Shown piece after piece: positions 9,685 through 18,281 of a stretch of DNA of 64,000 bases. The notes under the pieces were generated by a model that did not search any database, was not told the origin of the DNA, and worked only from the letters and a program-made list of their open reading frames with translations. A program made the translations under genes and the position numbers. Numbering within the stretch: the stretch's first letter is position 1; every line of letters starts with the position of its first letter. The DNA comes from Bdellovibrionales bacterium. Lineage in GTDB: Bacteria > Bdellovibrionota > Bdellovibrionia > Bdellovibrionales > JAGQZY01. Location: positions 320,001 to 384,000 of the forward strand of contig CAXRHT010000001.1 in assembly GCA_964230645.1 (NCBI GenBank), in the 5' to 3' direction.

Positions 9685-12246
9685 TTAGAAGTCGTTACGA
9701 TAGGTAAAATAGAAAGTCTCCGTCGGACGGAAAAGTGTGGTGTCAATGGTTTGCTCCACACTAAATCTGGGACGAATGTTACCAAGGTTAATCACACCCA
9801 ACTGGAATTCCCCAGCGTAGTCATGAGTGTAGGTTGCGGCAACATCGAACTGAGTGGGCGAGGGTATACTCTTTAGGTTCTGACTAATATTACCGGACTC
9901 GAGCATGTCCGCTGTCGAACGTGCGAGCACGAAACCACCCCAACGGCCCTGTTTGTAGTTAATGCTAAAGTTATTTCTCCAACGAGGAAGACCTTGTCGA
10001 CCAACAATATCCTCACGTCCATAAAGATCGACGAACTCTTGATAGAAATGAAACATATAGGACAGTTGATTGTTAAATGTGAATTTACCGATACCTGTGT
10101 CCAATCGGTAATTGGCGTCAAAATCTAAGCCTTCAGCCTCCTGAGTACCAAGGTTTTGAAGAGTGTAGATAATTCTTTGAATTTCTCCTGTAGGATCATC
10201 GTTTTGTCGGATGATCTGCACACCGTAGTTGGCTAAAACCCCGGGACCAAAATCATCTTCGATTCTCAGTGCTTGCGAGAAGGCAGAGCCGATTACATCC
10301 TCAACTTTTACCCGCCAGTAATCGAACCCAAGTGAGAAATTCTCTGTGGGCTGAACGACTGTCCCGAAGTTAAGAGATAAAGAAGTCTCCTCTTCAAGAT
10401 TAGGATTAAGAGATTGACTGGCTGTTGTCGATTTAAGAGCACAATCCTGTATGCCAGGATCTCCACAGCGAAGCGGGTCTCTAAAGTTGTTATAAAATCC
10501 TTCCAAAGAAGTGTTCATCTGTTGCAATGTTGGGGCTTGGAACCCTGTTCCAGCAGAAGCTCTAAAGGTTAACCACTTAAAAGGTTGGTACCTGGTGGCA
10601 AGTTTGGGATTAATGGTCGACCCGAAATCAGAATAAAAGTCGCCCCTTAAAGAAAGCTGAACTTCAAAGTTAGTAGCCATTAAACCACTTAACTCAGTGA
10701 ACAAAGCATAAAGCTCACGACCGGCACTGCCTGTTACTCCGGATTGCCCCATCGCATCGCCTTCAAGGAAAATGGCTGAACGATGATCGGAATATTCAAA
10801 GTGAGCGGCAGATACACCGAAGGCAGAGGCCCAATCAAAACCAAGAAAGCTTCCTAGCGAACCATTTGTTTTGAACTCCGCCCAGTTAACCATGTAACGG
10901 TTTCGGTTAAAAGTGTCTGCACCAATACCTGAAACATCCTGCTGAGCCGGATTAAATGGGTCGTAGGCGCCGTTAACGACAGCTTCTTTAGTGGCAGAAA
11001 ATCGCCCAACGTTTTCCTCAGTGTCAGTGATTGTGTTGATTTGGTTGTTCAATGTGGCATCCCACTGCCAGTCGGAATTGCCGAAGTAACCTTTGAGGCC
11101 AGTGATTAAACCAGCGTAATAGTTTTGGGTTGTTTCTTTGTTTACAAGGTTATCCATGCGGTGAAAGACTTTCGTGTCTCCCCCGGTATAACCGGGTAGA
11201 GAATTCCAAGTGGTTGGACTCTCGGCACCTGTGAAACTGATTCCAGAGCCCACTCCTGGCTCGAGAAATACCACTGGACTACGAGACTGTGTTCGCCCGT
11301 ATCCCGTTATAAGAGTGGTATAAAACTCGGTATCGCTAGTAATATCATGAGAGTATTGAGTCACCCAATCAAATCCGTAGGCTGGGTCAGAGATGAAACG
11401 GCTACGATCAGCATCGGCACATTGACCAAAATCATTGAATCGTTGGCAATTAGGTCCGGGCCTAAGATTCTCAGCGTCATCAAAGTAGTTGGTTGCATAA
11501 ACTGGAGTAGCGAACAAGGAAAGCCCGCTGTAATCTCTATCGGAAACTCGGTCCCCTTGAACATAGTTAGCCTGAATCGCTGTCAGAAAATTGGAATCGG
11601 AAGTTTGAGTTCCATAGGCGAGTGAAAGACGATTGGAATCACTACCGTTCTGATTCGTCATATTATATTGATTCGCAAACGCTAACCCATCAATGTCTTT
11701 TCGAGTGATAATGTTTACAACCCCTCCCAAAGCATCGGATCCATATGTAGCCGAAGCCCCGTCTTTTAAGATTTCAATTCTATCCACTGCAGCCAAAGGC
11801 ACGAGGTTTGTGCTAACAGCACCTGTAGAATAACTGCTTCCTTCGGCTGGTGCTCTTTGACCGTTAATGAGAATCAGGGTTTTCGCAGAACCGAGTCCTC
11901 TTAAATTGACAGTGACGCCATCACTTCCAAAAGGACTGGCTGTGGACTGCCTCAAAACAGCTCCGACTGAGTTCATACCTGAGGCCTCAATTTCAGCCCT
12001 ATCAATGACAACAACAGGGGATGGCCCCTCTATATCGGTTCTTCGAATATGGGAACCTGTAACTTCGATCTTTTCGACGTTGGACCTTGCGGGAGTGGTG
12101 TCTTGGTCTTCGACCGGTTCGACTTCCACAGCCGTTTCTTCTTGTGTAACAGTGTTTGCATCAGAATCTGTGTCGTCTGTCGACTGAGCCAGAGAAAAAA
12201 CTGGCATCGAAAGAGCAAAAACGAGCACTAACTTTATATAACCCAT
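9685..12246 (-). CDS. TonB-dependent outer-membrane receptor 2
   Basis: TonB box EKIEVTGS, DRIEILKDGASATYGSDALGGVVNIITRK, C-terminal Phe; GGAGG RBS. Confidence 0.95.
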   Translation of the reverse strand: MGYIKLVLVFALSMPVFSLAQSTDDTDSDANTVTQEETAVEVEPVEDQDTTPARSNVEKIEVTGSHIRRTDIEGPSPVVVIDRAEIEASGMNSVGAVLRQSTASPFGSDGVTVNLRGLGSAKTLILINGQRAPAEGSSYSTGAVSTNLVPLAAVDRIEILKDGASATYGSDALGGVVNIITRKDIDGLAFANQYNMTNQNGSDSNRLSLAYGTQTSDSNFLTAIQANYVQGDRVSDRDYSGLSLFATPVYATNYFDDAENLRPGPNCQRFNDFGQCADADRSRFISDPAYGFDWVTQYSHDITSDTEFYTTLITGYGRTQSRSPVVFLEPGVGSGISFTGAESPTTWNSLPGYTGGDTKVFHRMDNLVNKETTQNYYAGLITGLKGYFGNSDWQWDATLNNQINTITDTEENVGRFSATKEAVVNGAYDPFNPAQQDVSGIGADTFNRNRYMVNWAEFKTNGSLGSFLGFDWASAFGVSAAHFEYSDHRSAIFLEGDAMGQSGVTGSAGRELYALFTELSGLMATNFEVQLSLRGDFYSDFGSTINPKLATRYQPFKWLTFRASAGTGFQAPTLQQMNTSLEGFYNNFRDPLRCGDPGIQDCALKSTTASQSLNPNLEEETSLSLNFGTVVQPTENFSLGFDYWRVKVEDVIGSAFSQALRIEDDFGPGVLANYGVQIIRQNDDPTGEIQRIIYTLQNLGTQEAEGLDFDANYRLDTGIGKFTFNNQLSYMFHFYQEFVDLYGREDIVGRQGLPRWRNNFSINYKQGRWGGFVLARSTADMLESGNISQNLKSIPSPTQFDVAATYTHDYAGEFQLGVINLGNIRPRFSVEQTIDTTLFRPTETFYFTYRNDF

Positions 12247-12624
12247 ATGACCTCCATGAAGCGCAGGATATTAGGGCCAAAGTCCTGGAAAACAATCAGT
12301 TAATGTGACGCGTTATTACCTTTTTTTAGTCGGCCCCATCAGTCCTGCTAACGACGAAGAGGTGAAATACTCATAATTTTGATCTGAAGACAAACAATTT
12401 CATATTCTTAAAAATATGCGTAATTTAAGAAGGTTTCAGAAGAGGCCTCAGGCTGCTAATGCCTCTTTTTTTAACCACTCTAGGATTTCCGCAGGACTAA
12501 CCAAAAACTAACACACCCATCTTACATGGGACCTTTACCTATCCCCCCCATTAATATAATGTGCGGATTCTCAAATATCAGATCCTAGAGTCTTTAAGGA
12601 TGTCGGTGCACACGAGGGGGAAAG

Positions 12625-15273
12625 ATGGCGGTTCGATTGATCTTTAGTTTAGTGATGGTTTTACTCCTAGCAGGAGAGGCCTTTGGGCAAAATGACCCGG
12701 ACGTGGTTCAGCCCAACGATTTGAATACAAAATTAGAAATTGAAGAAGAAAAACCTAAAGAAGAAGTGAAAGTCGACTCGGAATTTGAACGCACTCAGTC
12801 CGCAAAAAATGTAGAGAAAATTCAAGTCACAGGATCCTATGTGCGTCGAATCGACATTGAGGGACCAAGTCCTGTATTTACAGTGGAAAAAGAGGATTTT
12901 GAAAAAGCCGGAGTCAATACCGTCACCGATTATCTTCGTGAAAATTCCATGTTCACAGGAGCTGAGAACAACGGAAACAGAGATGGTTATTTTCGTTTTC
13001 GCGGACAGCACGCTGGAAGCACCTTGATTCTTCTTAATGGCCTAAGAGTACCAAAGCTTGGAGGTCCTGATCGCGGTTTTTACAACGGAGTTGAGGCCAT
13101 CCCTACAAACATCATCGAAAGAGTGGAAATCCTTAAAGATGGAAGCTCCGCCCTATATGGTTCCGACGCCATGGCCGGAGTGATGAACTTTATCACTCGA
13201 AAAGATTACGATGGCGCCGAGTATTCAAACCGAGTGATTGTACCGGAAATCAATAAGGGTCTTGAACAGCAGCACTCCATTGCCTTTGGTAAAAGTTATT
13301 CCAACGCCAACTGGTTTGCCACGGCTCAATATGTGGAACAAAGAGGCTATACCGAGGCCGACGCTGGGAACTACTACACCGTCCCCACCACCCGTGCCGC
13401 TTCAAACTCTAACATTACGACATTCAATAGTGATGGAGAATTTGATAGCAACCAACGCTTTGAAGCCTCTTGTGGCCCCAACGCTCAGGAGTGCGAAACC
13501 GATTTTCGTTATGTCGATATGGTTCGTGATCCCAGAGAAAACTTAGGAACCCTTCTTTCAGGGCGCGTGGACTTAACACCGGATATTTCGGTGAGTGCAC
13601 TGGCGATGTACAATCGCCGCAAACGTATGGACTACGGGCGACCCGCGTTTATCAATTACTCTCAAAACGAAGGTTATAACCGCATTCCTATATCAGAGCT
13701 TGGTTCCACAGAACTTCAAAGCTCTTTATCTGGAGACACCATTGAACTGAGTGCTCTCCCCTTTGATGAGGTGGGACCTGAGAACATTGCAGTCCTACAA
13801 AACTCTTATTCAGCACAAGCCAAAATTGAAGGCTACTATTTAGACACATGGAAATGGGACCTCTCTAGTGCTTACGCCTACTCTCTAGAAGAGCGCAATC
13901 ATAGAAATGGTCTTGTTGATATGGGCGAAGTTCGTGGCGCTCTAGTGAATGGGTGGAATCCCGCAAACATTGGACCACAGAACACCGGTGTTTTAAATTC
14001 CGCGCGAGTTCAAGGTGTGGAAGCTTATGAAGCCTCACTTGCCACAGCCCGCTTTCTCACAACAGGTGAACTTTTTGAGATGAATGATGTCTGGGGAACA
14101 GGTGGCCCAGTTTCCATGGCCATCGGAGTGGAAGGACAGTGGGAGACAACCGCTGACGCTCACGACGACATTCTTATCGAAACTGATACCAATAATAACT
14201 TCCTACCCAACCAACAAGGCTCACGAACAGTGAGTTCGTTTTTCACAGAGTTTGTGATGTATCCTCTCAATAGTGTTGAGCTTCAAATGGCGGGGCGCTA
14301 CGACGGATACTCTGATTGGGGTGGAACTTTTAATCCTAAAATCTCTGTGGGCTATCGCCCTTCAAGAAAGGTTCTATTGCGATCCTCTTGGGGCACAAAC
14401 TTTAATGCTCCCAGTGTTCGAAATATGATCCAACGAGATGAGATCTCCTACGAGAGGTTTCGTTTATGCGATCAGAGTGATCCTAATTGCCAAGACCAAA
14501 CTGTTGGAGTGACTCGCTACCGTGACCCTAGCCTCTCACCAGAAGAAGGAGTGAACTATAACTTCGGCACGGTTATCCAACCCGACAAGCGTTGGACCTT
14601 CACGATTGACCAATGGAACTTTGAGGGATCAAACACAATCTCAGCCGTTTCTTCTGGCGCCTACAGCGCTATTTACAATCAAATTTATAATGGCAGCACA
14701 CCAGAGTCTGACGCCGCTTTTGAAGATTTGGGAGTAGAGATTCAAAGAGATGCTCAAGGAGAATTGATTTCAGCACGTATCCCTGCAGTCACCAATATGG
14801 GTGAGAGAACCATCCGTGGTCTTGACCTTAACGTGAACTTTAACAGTCCTGTTCGCCTTCTAGGAAAGGTGGTTCGTTTAGGACTCGGAATGAATCACAC
14901 CCATATGTTGAGTTATAAAACCAGAACAGCCCCGCAATTGGATTTTTATTACCGCGAAGACCTTGAGTGGAAAAACACTTTAAGCACGTCTCTTTCCACA
15001 AAAAATCATTCTTACCGATTGGCGGCCCGTACTCTCGCCGGAGACACAGTGGCAAGAGCCTCCATCCGTACGCACACGGAGTATGATTTCAATTACAATT
15101 TCGCTATTCCTTGGTGGTCTGGAAAGTTAGCTCTAGGAGTTAAGAACTTACTCAACACTCGCCCACCTGTGGATCGTGGAAGTAACTTGGTTGATTTTAC
15201 CCAAGGATTTAACTCATACGCCTTCCAAGCACTTGGGCGCCGTTATTATGTTGGCTACAGCCACAGCTTTTAA
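12625..15273 (+). CDS. TonB-dependent outer-membrane receptor 3
   Basis: TonB box EKIQVTGS, ERVEILKDGSSALYGSDAMAGVMNFITRK, C-terminal GRRYYVGYSHSF. Confidence 0.95.
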   Translation: MAVRLIFSLVMVLLLAGEAFGQNDPDVVQPNDLNTKLEIEEEKPKEEVKVDSEFERTQSAKNVEKIQVTGSYVRRIDIEGPSPVFTVEKEDFEKAGVNTVTDYLRENSMFTGAENNGNRDGYFRFRGQHAGSTLILLNGLRVPKLGGPDRGFYNGVEAIPTNIIERVEILKDGSSALYGSDAMAGVMNFITRKDYDGAEYSNRVIVPEINKGLEQQHSIAFGKSYSNANWFATAQYVEQRGYTEADAGNYYTVPTTRAASNSNITTFNSDGEFDSNQRFEASCGPNAQECETDFRYVDMVRDPRENLGTLLSGRVDLTPDISVSALAMYNRRKRMDYGRPAFINYSQNEGYNRIPISELGSTELQSSLSGDTIELSALPFDEVGPENIAVLQNSYSAQAKIEGYYLDTWKWDLSSAYAYSLEERNHRNGLVDMGEVRGALVNGWNPANIGPQNTGVLNSARVQGVEAYEASLATARFLTTGELFEMNDVWGTGGPVSMAIGVEGQWETTADAHDDILIETDTNNNFLPNQQGSRTVSSFFTEFVMYPLNSVELQMAGRYDGYSDWGGTFNPKISVGYRPSRKVLLRSSWGTNFNAPSVRNMIQRDEISYERFRLCDQSDPNCQDQTVGVTRYRDPSLSPEEGVNYNFGTVIQPDKRWTFTIDQWNFEGSNTISAVSSGAYSAIYNQIYNGSTPESDAAFEDLGVEIQRDAQGELISARIPAVTNMGERTIRGLDLNVNFNSPVRLLGKVVRLGLGMNHTHMLSYKTRTAPQLDFYYREDLEWKNTLSTSLSTKNHSYRLAARTLAGDTVARASIRTHTEYDFNYNFAIPWWSGKLALGVKNLLNTRPPVDRGSNLVDFTQGFNSYAFQALGRRYYVGYSHSF

Positions 15274-15288
15274 TTCTTAAAACATTTT

Positions 15289-15675
15289 TTAGCTATTTTG
15301 TTCTTGGCAAACAGTCTTGCACTGTTTGCCAAGGCTTTCACACTGTTCCATACAAACTGAAGAGAACGACTGACAGCTGCTGACTTCGTTTTCGCTGTAA
15401 ACTTCTTTCATTTTTTGAGAGAGCAGCTCCAAACCCTTTTCATTTTGACATTGGGTCTGACAACTTTCTCGCCCCATGCATTTAACATTACAAGGTGTTT
15501 CGTAGCCATCATAACCCATATGAAAAGCGGTATAGAGTTTATAGCGCAGTGCTGAGAGGGAATAATCTTTTGAACTTGGACAGCGGTCTTTAGAAAAAGC
15601 TGGAAAGCTAAATAGAACACTAAAAAGTGTTGTTATTATTAAACCTCTCCCCTGTTTGCCGAGCATTTTCTTCAT
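15289..15675 (-). CDS. Small secreted cysteine-rich protein (10 Cys, four CX3C motifs)
   Basis: Signal peptide ending ..PAFS; AGGGG RBS; ORF fills the gap between genes. Confidence 0.72.
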   Translation of the reverse strand: MKKMLGKQGRGLIITTLFSVLFSFPAFSKDRCPSSKDYSLSALRYKLYTAFHMGYDGYETPCNVKCMGRESCQTQCQNEKGLELLSQKMKEVYSENEVSSCQSFSSVCMEQCESLGKQCKTVCQEQNS

Positions 15676-15847
15676 ACGTCCCCCTATTTTGACCGAAACT
15701 TTTAAAAGCTTCAGGAAAAAAGTCGGGAGAACTTACCAAAGTATTGAGAGATTTCTCAGTACGACTCACTTTCTTCTCAACTCGGAACAGAGAACTAGAC
15801 CTTTGCTTAAAGGTTTTACGAAATTAACTTCAAAAGGATCAACTCTC

Positions 15848-17233
15848 CTAAGTGCGGCCAAAAAGTTCGATTAACTGATCAAGCTCTTCTTGAAATTCAA
15901 AAGTCAGAGCCTCCACTCCACGGTAAGCCATGGTGAGATAAACGATATTCGCTGCACTGGTTTCCGTGATTGAAACCGAGACATCACTGGCTGGAAGGGT
16001 AAATAGATCATGAGGGCGACCTCTTGAACCAGCGTGAGTGAAAGCCAAAGACTTCCCTACGGGCACAAGGCCCGCCATATTTATAAGAAAAACGATATTG
16101 GCTCTTCTTTGTTGGGAATGACTTTGAGCTCGTGTCAAAATACCTTCTGAAAAACTCTGGTCTCCAAACAGTTGTCGACCGGCCTGTAGAGATTGTGCGG
16201 CTAAGCGAGAGTCAAGAAAACCTCTTCTCGCACCCCACATGCCATCAGCCAAGGCTGGAGCACACACTAGTAAGGCCGGAAGTGTCCCAAGGCCTGACCA
16301 GATTCCAACACCACAAATAACAGAGGTCGCAAATCCAACACCGATGGAAGAGCGCACTCTTCTTGTTTGTTGGTTTTTTAAATCACTCCAGGCGTTGCAA
16401 AAGCTTCTTTTTACGGTGGTATCATTTTCAGTTTGGATGATGGCCTCGATTTGATCAGGAAAGTTAACAAGCCCCATCTCATGGTCTCTCAGAGTGAGGT
16501 TTGGATAACTCCAAAATCCGCGACGATGACGTGTCTGCAACCCTTGAATGGTCTGAATAAAGTCTTCATTAAATTGGATCAGGCGATCAAAAGCGGGCAA
16601 TATTCCTTCAAAGCTCTCTGTGTCTTCTTCGTCAAGGAAAGCCAACAGCGGATTCATATAGTTTAGATTTTCAGAGACCGATTGAAAATAGGCCCTTACA
16701 TTTTCAATAATTACAGGCAATCTTTCCTCAGGTAATGCTAGTGCGGTTTTGACAAAGACATGAATCCACAAGCGCACAATTTTCTGTTCCTCTTGTGCAG
16801 AGAAACGAAAGCCTCTTAAATTTGTGCGAGCCACTTGTTGAGCGTGTATATAGTCATTTTGAATCCAAACAAGGAGCTCACCCACTGTTCTTGGAGAGCG
16901 AATTCCTCCTTGCATCGCACGGGGGCGTTCAGCCAAAGCCCGGGTCAATTTGGCCATTTGAAACTGTTCCCTTATCGAATTTAAAAATGAACCTTTAAAC
17001 TCAAGGCAGCTCTCATCAGAGCAGCGACTAAAGTCCTCTACTACATTTTCGATACTCTCAATAGCATCACCGGCCTGATCGATCAGCTGAGCCTTGGTCC
17101 TATTCAGAAGGGCCTCACGTTGTGATTCCGTACTAGGCTCGTAAGAGAAAGAATCACAGACCGACTCGGTTTGCGCCATCAAAACCAGCGGAAATAAAAA
17201 TGTGAAAACAGTTAAAATCTTTTTAAGCCCCAT
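15848..17233 (-). CDS. Secreted hypothetical protein with Gly-rich hydrophobic C-terminal segments
   Basis: 461-aa ORF, signal peptide, GAGGTG RBS; no family recognised. Confidence 0.75.
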   Translation of the reverse strand: MGLKKILTVFTFLFPLVLMAQTESVCDSFSYEPSTESQREALLNRTKAQLIDQAGDAIESIENVVEDFSRCSDESCLEFKGSFLNSIREQFQMAKLTRALAERPRAMQGGIRSPRTVGELLVWIQNDYIHAQQVARTNLRGFRFSAQEEQKIVRLWIHVFVKTALALPEERLPVIIENVRAYFQSVSENLNYMNPLLAFLDEEDTESFEGILPAFDRLIQFNEDFIQTIQGLQTRHRRGFWSYPNLTLRDHEMGLVNFPDQIEAIIQTENDTTVKRSFCNAWSDLKNQQTRRVRSSIGVGFATSVICGVGIWSGLGTLPALLVCAPALADGMWGARRGFLDSRLAAQSLQAGRQLFGDQSFSEGILTRAQSHSQQRRANIVFLINMAGLVPVGKSLAFTHAGSRGRPHDLFTLPASDVSVSITETSAANIVYLTMAYRGVEALTFEFQEELDQLIELFGRT

Positions 17234-17261
17234 AGCAGCTTCACCTCACAGTTTTATTGGA

Positions 17262-17277
17262 AGCATTTTTAGGGCCA
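17262..17277 (-). promoter_or_regulatory. Candidate sigma54 -24/-12 promoter
   Basis: Minus strand TGGCCCTAAAAATGCT (GG-N10-GC), about 30 nt upstream of the ATG at 17233. Confidence 0.45.
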
Positions 17278-17385
17278 TTTGTATTATTTAAAATTCACTT
17301 GGTATTTTATGGACTTGAAATGTTTTCACGAGTGTAAAAGGTAACATTTTGGGGCACAGGATGGCTCCCAAATGACAATAATGGG

Positions 17386-18258
17386 CTATTCCTTTGAAAG
17401 CCGCCATTGCGGGTCCATTAAAACCTTATAATCCTCTCCATTCAAACGAAAAGACAAAGACTGAGCATGTAGCATGAGACGCGGAGCCGATCTTTTAGAG
17501 CCATAGACCGAATCGCCTAAAATTGGATAGCCCCTGTGGCTCAGTTGAACCCTCAGCTGATGAGTTCGACCGGTTTTGGGCCGACAAAGAATAAGGTTAT
17601 ACTCATTAACTCTCCTTTCCAGCAATTCAAACTCTGTAATGGCTTGATCCCCTCCCTCAGAAACCTCAAAAGAAAATTTTCTTTTACTGGATTTCGCCCG
17701 AGCAATCTTGTCTTCTTGAGTCCAATGCTGGGGAGGGCTTTTTTCACCGGGCTCCGTATAGCAAAGGTACTCTTTTTGGATTTTTCTATTTTTGAAGAGA
17801 TCAGAGATGGGTTTATTTAAACTGCGTTTTTTTGACATTAAAACAAGACCAGAAGTTCCACGATCTAAACGATGATGAAGACCAACATAGGGAAGGTCTT
17901 TAGGGAACTTTTTCTCCAAAACAAAGTGATAGCGGACGTTTTCATAAAGGTTTTCCTCAAAGGCTTTGAAAGTCGCTTGAGTGGGCAGACCTGCTGGTTT
18001 ATTGAGAATCAGCCACCCAACCTCTTCACGGACGATTTCAATTTGAGGTTTTTTCCCTTTTCGGTTCACCAATAATATCTTTGAGCGAGGCTTGATGTTC
18101 GCCTTCCACTGATCCCAACGTTTATTGTTAACATAGAGAGCCCAGTTTTTTGGCTCATAGGTTTGGTTGGTTTTTTCAATATGTTTTTGAGCCAAATTCT
18201 CGGCAGGAGTCCATTGTTCTGGGGATTTGGCTTCAATAAAATAAATGGGGCGATTCAT
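17386..18258 (-). CDS. RluA/RluD-family 23S rRNA pseudouridine synthase
   Basis: NKPAGL, HRLDRGTSG (catalytic Asp), TGRTHQLRV, GYPILGD..YG, LHA motifs. Confidence 0.93.
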   Translation of the reverse strand: MNRPIYFIEAKSPEQWTPAENLAQKHIEKTNQTYEPKNWALYVNNKRWDQWKANIKPRSKILLVNRKGKKPQIEIVREEVGWLILNKPAGLPTQATFKAFEENLYENVRYHFVLEKKFPKDLPYVGLHHRLDRGTSGLVLMSKKRSLNKPISDLFKNRKIQKEYLCYTEPGEKSPPQHWTQEDKIARAKSSKRKFSFEVSEGGDQAITEFELLERRVNEYNLILCRPKTGRTHQLRVQLSHRGYPILGDSVYGSKRSAPRLMLHAQSLSFRLNGEDYKVLMDPQWRLSKE

Positions 18259-18281
18259 CCGCTCACCTGCATATATCAGTT

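Noticed and set aside
8731..12624. Cobalamin riboswitch or Fur boxes upstream of the TonB receptors
   Set aside because: No B12-box or GATAATGATAATCATTATC-like match was recognised by eye; a covariance or PWM scan was not possible.
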